Shown: positions 1 to 10,938 of the stretch, piece after piece
How the letters are laid out: each line of letters starts with the position of its first letter
Numbering within the stretch: the stretch's first letter is position 1
NCBI GenBank assembly: GCA_051047955.1
Contig: JBPGPT010000027.1
Span: 183,268 to 203,267 of the forward strand
Direction of reading: 5' to 3'
Length of the DNA stretch: 20,000 bases
From: Cystobasidiomycetes sp. EMM_F5
Taxonomy: Eukaryota
Program-made: the position numbers and the translations under genes
Notes under the pieces: model-generated
Database searches by the model: none
What the model was told of the DNA's origin: nothing
The model's input: only the letters and a program-made list of their open reading frames with translations

Positions 1-304
1 GTATTGGACGATGCCATCAAGCTCCGCATCCTTGCCAACCTGCACAAGCATCGTTCCATCCTGCCACTCCGGCCGACCAACATATCGCTGCAAACTGGCG
101 GTTTTGCTTTTTGCTGAACGCTTTCAGTCGAGACGGGAATCCAGGTGGTGCTGCGTCGCTGTTTGAGCTGTGATTCTCGGCATCAGGCGTCTGAGCCAGC
201 CCTGCCGTCGTCGTGACGGTCAAGACATCTTGCGTATTTTGTATGGCTCCTGTCGCAGCCAATTTGTCGTCGCCTATAGCTACATCACTTGGCTGGAGCT
301 CCAT
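1..304 (-). CDS. MFS transporter, 5' part only (tandem paralog of the 495..2623 gene); continues beyond the left edge
   Basis: ATG at 304; exon 1 ends KKQNRQFAAICWSAGVAGWNDACA followed by a phase-1 GTTGGC donor. Same motif and intron position as exon 1 of the neighbouring MFS gene. Confidence 0.85.
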
Positions 305-494
305 GCTGTGGCTTCACCTGAGTGCAGAGGTCATCACAGTCGAGACTCGCCAAAGACATCGCGAAACACAATGCATCCCCCTATTTCTGAAGTCAAGGTG
401 GAGACGTTCGATTATGGCTAATAATGGACATCTTTGTGCAATCTATGGACATGCTCTGCTCCATCCTCCATGCATATATTTTCACGTCTCTGTC

Positions 495-2623
495 TTACGA
501 TTTCCTTCTGTCGGCCTCGGGGATGAAGAAGAAGACTACGCCCATGCCGACCAACAGGCCAATGATGACTGGTTGCAAGACGACGGGGCCATACTTCTGC
601 GCAAGAACACCAGTGACTGTGACAGACTGCATTCAGTGGACGAATAGCACACACCTATGCATCAAATCACGTACGAAAAGGAAAGGCTGCACTACCCGCT
701 TGGCCCGCAGCTGCTACCAGTCCAATGGCTCCAGTGTGCAGCGGTTTCGGCAGTGTCTTTATCATTGCCATAATTCCAATACCAAAGAATGTCGACAGCA
801 GGAAGCCAATCAGACATATCGCGACCGCTGTAAGGTCAATATCGTATGAAACGTCAGCAGCTGTTCATATTGAATATCATAAGTCCACAACGCCGTACCG
901 TTGCCGATAAGCTGTCTCCAAAACCACACACTGAACTCAAGAAGAAGAGACAACGTGAGGTACGCGTAGAGGCACTTCCGATCTCCTAGCCGGACTTGCA
1001 GATGTGGCAAGGTAAGTCTTCCCAAGGTAATGCCTGACCAGAAGCGTAAATATGATTGCAAAAATCGTTAGCTTTTCGCGATTCAATGCGCAGAGGCTAA
1101 CTTATCTGTTGCTACATATCCGACGTTTGCCGAACCGCCTCTGCTCTGAAGCAGGAAAGAGACTGCCCACTGATTTTATGTGTCAGCTAGACAACGCTGA
1201 TGTCACGGATAGAGGGCGCCTACTCCTCCTATTGACACCTCGGCCCCGACACTAGAAAGTAATAGGGTCAGCCGCCTGAACAAGCCAGATCAAGTGTGAC
1301 TTGCTAAAAGAACAGGAAAAGAGCAGTAGCCCAAACAATCTTTGACTTGAAAATTAACTTGTTCTTGTCGGAAGTTGAGTATATGCGCTCAGTGTCCAGA
1401 GCCAGCGGGCGCGTAGAATCCGTAGTCATCGGCGTAGCTGCTCCTGAGGGTGATCCGATACCTGTCTCTTGCAACTCTATGCTATGTCCATTTCTTTCGC
1501 TGCTATTTTGAGGCGCAACCTTACGCTGCGGCCCGCATTCAGGGTCGCGACCAAAGGCGAAGAAGAGTGAGATGGAATTGAGTAACGCTAGACCTAGACT
1601 AATGCTAAAAAAGTAGCTGAAGCGAACACCGGAACTGGCGAGGGCGGTTGCGGCCAGAGGAGACAGCAGCGCGCCAACGCCCTTCATGACATGAGGTGCG
1701 TCAGTAAATCCAGGTCCCCTAGCGTAAGTAAGAGGGTATACTGCCTACGTAACAAGCCTGTGCATGATTGATCATTAAATTTGAATTCGGAAGACTCGCT
1801 AGCCACGATGAGGTTTGCGCCTGCGACTCATACGATGAGTCCGATAGACTATGGACTTGACAGATGTGCCCACCATCATGAAGGCCAAGCCAAATCCAAT
1901 CAGGCTGGCGTATACGACGGGAAAGAGCGGGAATGGAGGCGGGGCCAATAGAACTGCATATCCGCATGTTTGAAGCAGGGCAGCGAACGTCAATGTCTTG
2001 CCCATACCCAGGCGATCTGTTGCGAGGTTGTTAAGCAGTCCGGCAACGGCGAAACCGCTGAAGGCGCCGATGAAAATTGTAGAGACCTCGATGTAATTTA
2101 TCTTTTGACAATGAGGATCAGTTTGCGGACACGCGTCAGTGACTGTCGCTCCAATCTTACGTCAAAGAATCTTTCCCTGTTTCACAGCGTTTGGAAGCAA
2201 AACATTGAGCCGAAACCTGCTACTTGTGTAGAGTAAAATATCTCAGCGTACATGAAGGGTATCAATGCGCCTGCATCGGCGTGCACACGGAAACAACGTC
2301 ATATCACCGTCCCAAGTCAGATTCGATAGACGGGGAGTGGAAATTACAAGACTCGGCGTACCCGCGCATGCATCATTCCAACCACCAACACCTGCCTGCA
2401 AGCATGCCGCTGCAAACTGCCTATTCTGCTTCTTCTTTATGGTTGCGATGAATCTAGCTCGGCGGTTCTCTGTGCTCGATTGAACGCGGGACGATGGGCC
2501 ATCTTGTGTGAAAACAGGTGGCTCGACGAGTATCTTCTTGACTATATGCGCTGCAGATGGACTCTGCGGCAGACTCTCCAGCTTTGCGACCTCTGCGGCT
2601 GTTTCCTGATGCAATGAGGCCAT
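495..2623 (-). CDS. Major facilitator superfamily transporter (fungal FucP/Bsc6-like), multi-exon
   Basis: Hand splicing gives GWNDACAGALIPFMERFFD-INYIEVSTIF...LATDRLGMGK...IGFGLAF...HAQACYGVGALLSP...FLFFYVGAEVSIGGWAVSFL...GYVATGFWSGITLGR...GQAGSAAFPFLTGVLAQKYG...LQP, with stop TAA at 495..497. Many hydrophobic segments. The model requires a GC-AG intron (1252..1304) and an AT-AC intron (1046..1105). Confidence 0.9.
1046..1105 (-). other. Predicted AT-AC intron with U2-type signals (60 nt)
   Basis: Minus strand reads ACA G|ATAAGTTAG...GCTAAC...CATATTTAC|GC TTC TGG. Removal restores GYVATGFWSG; retention hits an in-frame TGA. Confidence 0.8.
1252..1304 (-). other. Predicted GC-AG intron (53 nt)
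   Basis: TTT TA|GCAAGT...GCTGAC...TTTCTAG|T GTC GGG GCC GAG restores FLFFYVGAEVSIGG; the unspliced frame stops at TAG. Confidence 0.88.
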
Positions 2624-3085
2624 AGCCTATCAAAGCGGGCAACTGGCTTCAAGTCAGCGGGAGATTAGCGCAGCGTTAGTCTTCGCGTTATTAGCGGGAA
2701 AGAGTCAGCGAACAGCGTCAAAGCCATGCAAAGCGACTGGCTCGTCAAGGCTTGACCGATCAACAAAGAGGTTGCGACTGCTCCAACCATCAGTCGACGA
2801 GATGAGCTCCGAATGTCAGCAAATGCAATGCAGACAGTCCATAATACTCGACTGGGTGCTCGTGGACCACTCGGCTGACAGGCTGACAGGCTGAAGTACC
2901 CTATCCGGGAATGGAAAGACGGCGCGTTTTTGGTAGACAGATCCCTGAGACGTGTGTCCTGCTGTCCATACTAAGATGGGGAATGGCAATCACGCTCACA
3001 CAACTTGAGCCTCATTCCTGACCTGCTGGCTCTTGACTCCGTTCATTAATCTCGGCCTGCTCGAATCCGCGGGAGCTCCGTACTA

Positions 3086-4979
3086 ATGAAGAACCTCACA
3101 ATCTCGGTCGCATTGACAGCCTTGGCTGTCTGTGCTGGTGTGTCTTTCGCAGAAGATACTCCACAGCATCCCGGCATCACTCACCTATGTTATGATCACA
3201 TCCACCCAAACTCCAACATACTCAAGCCCGTCGAATGCTTGTTCGATGATGCGGTCGCTAAGCGAGACCTGAAGCCGTCTGGAACGGCTCCATCTGTTGC
3301 ACCAGTGGGTCTGAACGAATCTAGCGTATTTGGATGCCCAGTCATAAGCCGACTTACTTCACTCATCCAGGCAACCGCAACCGTACCGCTCGCTACATCG
3401 ACATCAGTACCACAGGCATTCAATTTCGTCTTCAACTGCACTGGGTAAGGAGAGGGCAGGGTGGGTTTTACTGCATGCCACACTTAAGCCATCCTTCGCT
3501 AGAACCGGGAGCGGGAGGGCAGACTTTTGTGAGAAGACGCAGAACGCCTTTACCTCGAGTGGTCAGATCATCTCTGGCGTCTTCGACATCAAGACGACGA
3601 TTAACGTCAACGTGCAAATCCGTCCATTCTGTTTCCAAGGAGTCTGTTCCTATGGAGATCAGGCAACCCAACTTGGTAAGTCGGAACTCAATAAGGCTGT
3701 CATACAGCTCTTCATTTAAGAGCTTAACGAGGTCATTTAACAGGAAATGCTGGCCCCACCCGCTCCATCCCACTCACTTCTGACGATGGACAAGTCCGAT
3801 TATATCCACAAGCTCTCGTAAAGCAGTTCGGCATCAGCGGAATTCAGTTCACGCCGTACGACATCGATGCCAACATCAAGTGTGTACAAGTGACATTAGC
3901 CTCATCCCAGCGGCTTACGTTCGTTGAAACTGCAGCTCAAACACCAGTATCAGTCCTGCAAGAACATACGTATGCTGAATATCTACGATCCTGTTCTTCC
4001 CTTACGTTGGCTGATTGGAATGCAACAGTTCCGCGGAGACGCGTTACCATCGCCAGGCGAAAACACACACGATATCGAGTCCACCATTCTACAGTAAGTG
4101 GCGCTTGCCTCAATTGCATAAGTGGTCTTTGGTAAACTGACCGACTTTCTGCAGTGAATTGCTTCATGGTCTCGGGTTCCTGAGTATGGTTAGTAGCCAC
4201 ACTCGACGGCTATACCCATCAGCTAACGACTCCCTCGCCAGTGGAGATATACGGCTCAAGAAGGCACGGCGTTATACATGCCCGCGATTCAGACAAATGA
4301 GCGAGATGAGGCCATATCGTTCTTCGAGGGGGCTTTCGACCGCTACGTGACAAGGACCGATGATAACAGCCGCCTGACTGCTGTTACGGACAGTATGAAT
4401 AAAGTTGCATTTCCAGGATCAACGACGCAATCTCTTGCGGACCTAAGCTGGATAGAAAAGAATGCCCAGTTGATGGGACAGATTACTCCGCTGGGTAAAT
4501 TGGCAACTACTGCCAGAAGCCTGGCTTTCACAGCCAGCGCCGGCATGTCACGCTTTCTAGAAACTGGTCTCACGCCGTGGTCTCCCGGAAGTTCTGGCTC
4601 TCATCTCGATTATCAGAGCTACATTAATTCTACAGACTTTCTGATGATCTGGTCTGACAAAGGCGTAGGCACTATGTCTCAACAGATCGCAGACGTCAAC
4701 GGGTTGCTGTCTGGTAATCAGCTTAATGATGCTTCCGCTCTGGCAACCATCGATTCTCGTATGGCGTTAGGCCCAGGTATTAGATTCATCATGCAATCTA
4801 TGGGATGGTCCGCACGCACAAATACCGCTTCGCCATCTTCAACCCCTGCTTCTGCTTCAGCAGCGCTGCCTACCAATTCCGAGTCTGCGACTCTCATTGG
4901 AATGCCGGCCAGTATCACCGGAGCTGCGCGACGTGTAGTGCGCTTTGCTCGCGCACATCACGATGAAGATGTGCTGTAG
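3086..4979 (+). CDS. Secreted zincin-like putative metalloprotease (HExxH), multi-exon
   Basis: Signal-peptide-like MKNLTISVALTALAVCAGVSFA. Spliced product contains FNCTG...FCEK...GNAGPTRSIPL...RLYPQALVKQ...YDIDANIN...DIESTILHELLHGLGFLSMW, with the first His codon split by intron 4094..4154. S/T/A-rich C-terminal tail, stop at 4979. Confidence 0.8.
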
Positions 4980-5132
4980 CGTAGCGGGATTGTGATGCGT
5001 GGGAGGGCACATACAAAATCACAAACTAAACGGACAATATACTGTAAATACACATGCATTGAAATAAAAAGGCGCAGTGCAGGCACTGCCGTGAGAAGCT
5101 ACGGTCTGTGACGCTCTTGTCTGCTAGTCTTG

Positions 5133-6220
5133 CTAGACTTGCACAGGGGTCCAAAAGCCAACGCCAACGTTCCCGTTGTTGGATGTCACAAGTACATGGT
5201 GGTTGGGGAACAAAGAAGAAGCATCGGGGATTGCATTGGGCGCAAAGACGGCGTAGACGACATTGACGGAGCTGTGATCGATGAGACTGATGCGATCATG
5301 AAGCTCGCGCTGTATTTCCAAGCTACCATTCTGAGTCGACATTTCCAACGTCCCCGTGAACGAGATAGGCAGATACACAGTGGTCCGTCCTGGAAATGCA
5401 AATAAAGTCAGTCACGATCCTGTACGCAAAGTCTGGTTGCTGTCACCATTGAGAGAACGAGCCGCGATGGTCAGAGCATTCGAAGGCAATGGGGCTGTCG
5501 GCAGATCTCCTAGTCTCAAACAGATTTGGCCATTCGTAGTCTCTAGTAGGATGTCAGGGCTTTCGCCACGCGGTTGAAAGGTGTCCGATGGAGATATCGT
5601 TAACTGCGATGTGCCCGCAAATGTTAGCCGCTCGCGCGATCAGATCCTGAAATGTGCCGGGAACACGGCTATTCACCTCTGCTGAAATGCTCCCGTTGGT
5701 CGTTGAAATCTCGAATACAGGCCCGGGGCGGGACCCGACGTCGGTCAGCACAATATTGAAGGCACCAGCTATAGGCGAGTTTGTTGAAATGACGTGACCT
5801 GCGATAATTCGAGTCTTAGTATGTTGCATCTTTCTGACTCCATCAAACGCACCATGGCACTACAACGGATGGTGCGGGGTCAGCGGAAGGCGCTCGAGAA
5901 TGGATCCCATTGACGTTGCCATCCACAATGTGGATCGCCGGCATATCCTCATCGAACCCTCGCGGTGCTCCACCTTCGGTTTGTAATGCCGTCCAGTCAG
6001 AGTCATGGGACTGGCCGCGCGGGCGCGAGGACGCAACGTGCATGAACCCCGACCCTTGTGTTACGAAAGCATCACCAGAGACAGTGATAGAGCCATAGGT
6101 GTGACCGCCTATTCTATGCGATGGTATTCGGACGGTAGTGGTATCTCGGTTTGCGTTTGCTGTGCTGCTGGAGCTGCTGGCACGAGCAGCTTCTGGAAAC
6201 TGGCTCAGATCGGACACCAT
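5133..6220 (-). CDS. Hypothetical protein with repeated (S/T)xNG beta-strand motifs (DUF4097/DUF7330-like), multi-exon
   Basis: Likely start MVSDLSQFP at 6220. Spliced product has ISTNSPI, ISTTNGSI, ETTNGQI, RSLNGRT, STQNGSL, TSNNGNV repeats and VYLPISFTG; stop TAG at 5133..5135. Family call is from motif resemblance only and the start is uncertain. Confidence 0.65.
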
Positions 6221-6479
6221 CTTCCTCTGTTGTGATTGAAACAGATTGTCAGGAGGGAAACGGCTCTGGGTGTATTTGCAGCGCCATTTGAACAGGACCC
6301 TGTCGGTAAAACGTCGGTCCAAGGCAGTTTGCCAACACGGACGTCGCTCGAGCTGCGTAAATGGGAATGTCATCTCGCTCGTTAGTGCGAGACATGGTAA
6401 TTGCGGAGTCAGCTTTGTTAGGACATTCATGAGCAATCTTGACGGAGAATGATGCTGCCTGCCGTCTCCATCCCGACAA

Positions 6480-9400
6480 ATGCCCACGAGTGACCTGGGT
6501 GAGCGTCAGCATGGATTAGCATGTCAGCCATCAGCCCTAACGAGCTTCCGCATCAGACTATTCGATATTTCTGCTCGACGACTTCGACAGCCGTCAATAT
6601 GCCCAGTCGCTGTTGAATGGGACTGCGATTGCCAGCAGAGCGCAGCCAGACGGCGAAGCTCCAGCTGACAGCATTGATCCACGTTCTATCGAAGCACTAC
6701 AGCAGCTGGGACTATCGCATAGTCTCCCAGCGCGTCCGAGCGGTGCCAACGTCGCGGCGTCATTCGAAAGCAGCGCGAAAGGCAACAATCTTGCAAACGG
6801 CGAGCTGATTGACCGCAGTAAACGAGATGCTTTTGCTTCGACATTCGCTAAAGCTGGATCTGGCGATGTCTCGGCTGCGTTGGCCAAGCTGTCGTCCGCG
6901 TTGGATGGGCTAAACAGGCAACTCAGGTCGGAAATCAACACTCACCATGCCGCACTGCTGATTCAAGCTGGATCAGTGTCCGTACTGCAAGATAATCTTT
7001 CGCAAGTACGGACAGGCTTGAGCCAGGTCGAAGGGAGCGTCGAGCGTTTGCAACGAAAGATTGCAACACCCTACGTCTCGCTTTCGACAAACCTTGAACG
7101 TCTGGCAAAGCTACAAAGCGCGTCCGATCTTGCAAGGAGAGCCAATAGGTTCGTTACTCTGGCTCGCAGGCTCGATGTGCAAATGGCAGAGCTCGACGCA
7201 GCCAACGCAAGACTGCACGATGGTCCAAAGACCCCGTATCCTGCAACGCCAGCTGCAGAAGCTACACCTCGCATGTCTCGTGTGAATTCTCAAGAGAATA
7301 TTGCAGAGAGAAGAAACCATAGCTCGGGCGAGAGAGCTTTGGGCGAGGCGGCATTGACGCTCGCGGAGCTGGGTATGTCAAAGTCTCACGTCGTATCGGC
7401 GGATACCTGATAATCGGAACACCTAGATATGCTGCTGCAAGATAATACAGAAGCGGCAGGCACGGAGACCGCACTAGTGCCATCTATCCGCTCGATACAC
7501 GCATTGCGAGACCATGTGCCAGCAGTCGAAGCGAATCGCGAGCGTGTGATAAACGCAATGGAGATTATGATTCGTCGTGGACTACAAGAACTGGTAAGCG
7601 ACATTATCCTTGATACCGGCTTCATTGCTAAATTGTGCGGAATCCCGGAATGTCCTGCAAAGAATCAGTCTTTGCTGGCGTCATCGCTGCAGACGGCCTA
7701 TAATTTATCAGTCCTTCCGCCGCTTGTTGCATCACTCGTGCAAGATCTTATTGAAGCGATCGAATCGCGCATCAAGAATGCCTTTGACGTAAACGCTCTG
7801 GCGAGAGATGCCGCATTACGCGCTGGTGAACCGTATTTGGGAGCAAGCGCTGCCAGTAGCGTATTCTACAAAAGCCGAGCGAAGACTGAGCCGACGAGCA
7901 GCAATCTGTCGCACTTTCAGGCAGCTTTGTGGAACAGGCTGGAAGGCCTGATAGAGGACATGGCGGGATGTTGCATCAAAGTAAGTCCGCGCCTGTCCTC
8001 GAATAGAATGTCGCTGGAATTTTCTTGCCGCATCAGGTGTATGTGCTGGAAAGGGTCCTCAAGCTCAAAAAGGATCAAACCAAGAATGCAACATTTTTAG
8101 ACGATGCCTTGACTGTAAGGTCTGCTTTAAAGCTGCCTGAGTGTAGCTGACCATCCCCATGTTAGGTCTTGGAGAACAAGCCGACTTTTACGTTCTGGAC
8201 TACACTTTCACAAAGTTTCGAGACGCATTCACGCGAGGCAGCACGATCTTCCAACTTCGTTCAGCAGTCTCTTTCGCTAACCTACCCTCGCCTGCTGCGG
8301 CTGTTTCACGAATTCTTCTCCAAAATTGCTCTGCAGTCCGATACCGTCTACGCACAGACTCAACAATCGCCTGAGACTGTACTTATACTGCGATCCATCT
8401 CGTCTTTCGAAAGTTCGTACATTGTCCGCTCACAAAATAGAATGTTGGAAGCGGTCGGGCAAGCGTTCGCCAATGCGCAGCGGAATCCACCAGGCAGTCA
8501 GGAGGGTATCGCTGTTGCTAGAGTCATCAGTAACGAGCTTGATGCAGCGAGATTCGACCCTCTACTTGTCAAGAGTATAGCAAAGACCGTAGCGAAGGCC
8601 ATCGATAGCTTCGTCGATAGGAGCGAGACTCTGGTGAGTCGATGACCGTTTATATGGATGCTGTTCTAGCCGTGATTTGATTGGGTGGTATTCAGTGTGT
8701 GACAGACTACACGGCCGTATCGCTTGCCGGTCCGCACCCCACAGCAGCGCAGCAGATTAATGCAGATTTGGCTACGGCTCTGTATCATCTGTGGTCGCCT
8801 CTCACTCGAGTTCTAGTGAGCTATCCACAAGAGATCCAAGAAACCCTTCGACTCAAAGTCAAGGTATGTAAGAAAGTGATCGACGATGAATCCCAAGTTA
8901 ATGTTCGCTTTTTCGCCTACGCATCAGTCTATAATCGAGACACTGTCCGAAGTGACTACGCCTTTATTTGCAGCCATCAGGAGAGAAGTTGCAGCAATCA
9001 TTGCTCGCATGCATCGTACAGGTTACAACAAACCCTTGGATCCGACGACGACGAGCGTTTTCATGCAAGATCTCAGCGACAAGCTTGGGTATATCCGAAG
9101 GCAGATACTAGCCCCGCTTAGGATTGGCGAGCTATCCAAAGAATGGTGCGCGATGCTCATTCTGATGAGCGTGGTGACTGATGCTGCTATAACAGGGTCA
9201 TCGAGCTTTGCAAGTTTACGATTCAAAGATTCGTACTACACATGTCTATAGTCCACCCGCTTGGCGAGGGCGGAAAACTCAAGCTCACGACGGATTGTAC
9301 CACACTCGAATTTGCAGTCGCGCAGTTACTCGGCGACTTTAAGCTCAATCTGTCGGTCCTCGGCGACAGTTTCCGCGTCTTGCGCTCCTTCCGCCCGCTT

Positions 9401-9733
9401 CTGTTTCTCGAAACTGCCGCGTTGGTGGACGCAAAGCAGACTGCAGACGTGCCTGCTCAGATTTTGCTACACCACATCATCGTTCGAGCTGGTAGCATCC
9501 CCATGCCGCATCAGGTCCAGGGCTGGCAAGAGACGGAATACGTCAAGTTTGTGAGTGAACACAGCGATCATGAGAACAGGAAGCTAGTCGAGATTGCACT
9601 GAAAGACTGGGAGGATAAGGGCATGCCCGTCACGGAAGCGGGAAAAGAGCATAGTGCGGCCGAGTGCGTCGCGCTAGCTAGACAAGTTTTGGATAGAGAG
9701 AAGCAGCGCGAAGCTGCTACGAGCGATAGCTAG
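6480..9733 (+). CDS. COG5: Conserved oligomeric Golgi complex subunit 5, multi-exon
   Basis: ATG 6480 plus intron 6499..6556 gives MPTSDLDYSIFLLDDFDSRQYAQSLL. Further motifs HHAALLIQA, SLQTAYNL, YPRLLRLF, ELDAARFDPLL, PLGEGGKLKLTTD, LRSFRPLLFL. Stop TAG at 9733. Confidence 0.92.
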
Positions 9734-9823
9734 CCGGATGATTAGCAGGATTGACAGCCTGTTAATTATTGTAAACGCCAGTTGCACCAGGCCATGCACT
9801 GTTTATTGTCCAACTCATGACCC

Positions 9824-10902
9824 ATGACTGCAGAAGCTCGCCAGGAGGAGCTTGAGGTGTGCGTAGTCTGCTGTATGCTGGTTTCTACCATGCTGGGCTC
9901 AGACTGACTTTGAAGCTGACGCAAACGCAGCCTAGAATCCATATTGGCTGAAGATTTCCAGAGTGCGATAAATGGCTGCATAGACTGACGCGGGCTGACT
10001 TGTGCGACTTGGCTGACGCATTTCCTGTATCTCAGAGGTTTCCGACGATGAGCTGACGGTCCGAGTAGAGCCAGAAGAGGGCACATCGACCGAACCCCGT
10101 ATGCAAAAAATGGTCGCCAAAATGGCATATGCGTTTGATCTTGCTGACAGAATGTCTATCCTAGCGATTCTCCTGCTACGGGTCAAGTATACTCCAACGT
10201 ATCCAGACGAGTTGCCAGACTTGGAGCTCGAAATTATCGAGAGTGGCACTGAGGAGGATCATCTAAGCCAAGATGAGCAGGAAACGCTGCTACAACGACT
10301 GAGAGAGGTTGTGAGTCTGCTCTGATCAACACAATCGCTCCCCACATGAGCTGAATTTTTCGCTAGGGCGAGGAGAGCCTCGGGATGGCGATGGTGTATA
10401 CTATGTCAATGCAACTCAAGGAGTCGCTCACAGAATTACTCATCGCAAAGGCATCCGCGAGAGAAATGGAAGAGCAAGCTTCGCAATTGCGAATACAGGA
10501 GGTGCGGCAGATTTAGGGCCGGTTTACTGCTTCTCGTCTGACATCAACACTTTTCAGGCGGAGCTTGCAAAACCCAAAGGTACGCCTGTAACAAAGGAGA
10601 ACTTCCTAGCCTGGCAAAAACGCTTTGAAGTCGAGATGGCTGCCAAGCGCGAGCAAGAGCAAATCGAATTTCTCCGCACCCTACCCCCCAAAGAGCGGAA
10701 AGAGCGAGAGACCATTATAATGCGCTTGAGCGGCAGGCAGATATTCGAGCACAAGCGCGGTAGCAAGGATCAGGATGAGGAAGAAGATGAGGAGGGAGCT
10801 CAGCTGATTGACATTTCGAAATACGACCGAGAACAACGGCAGGATGATGCAGAGTCTGACGAGGAGGATGAAAAGGGCTTGGTGTACTCTGATAGTGACT
10901 AG
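9824..10902 (+). CDS. GIR2: RWD-domain protein of the GIR2/RWDD1 (DFRP2) type, multi-exon
   Basis: MTAEARQEELEVLESI, YTPTYPDELP (RWD YPxxxP), EESLGMAMVYT, GTPVTKENFLAWQKRF, LSGRQIFE and an acidic tail; stop at 10902. Confidence 0.9.
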
Positions 10903-10938
10903 GATAATATTGACAACAACACTTGCAGATACGGAGGG

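Noticed and set aside
1046..1105. U12-type (minor spliceosome) interpretation of the AT-AC intron
   Set aside because: Lacks the ATATCCTT donor and TCCTTAAC branch consensus; the signals match the U2-type introns in the window.
2873..2894. GGCTGACA tandem repeat (~2.5 copies) in an intergenic region
   Set aside because: Too short to distinguish from replication slippage; no other support.
4950..4979. C-terminal HHDEDVL as an ER-retention signal
   Set aside because: Does not end in HDEL or KDEL.
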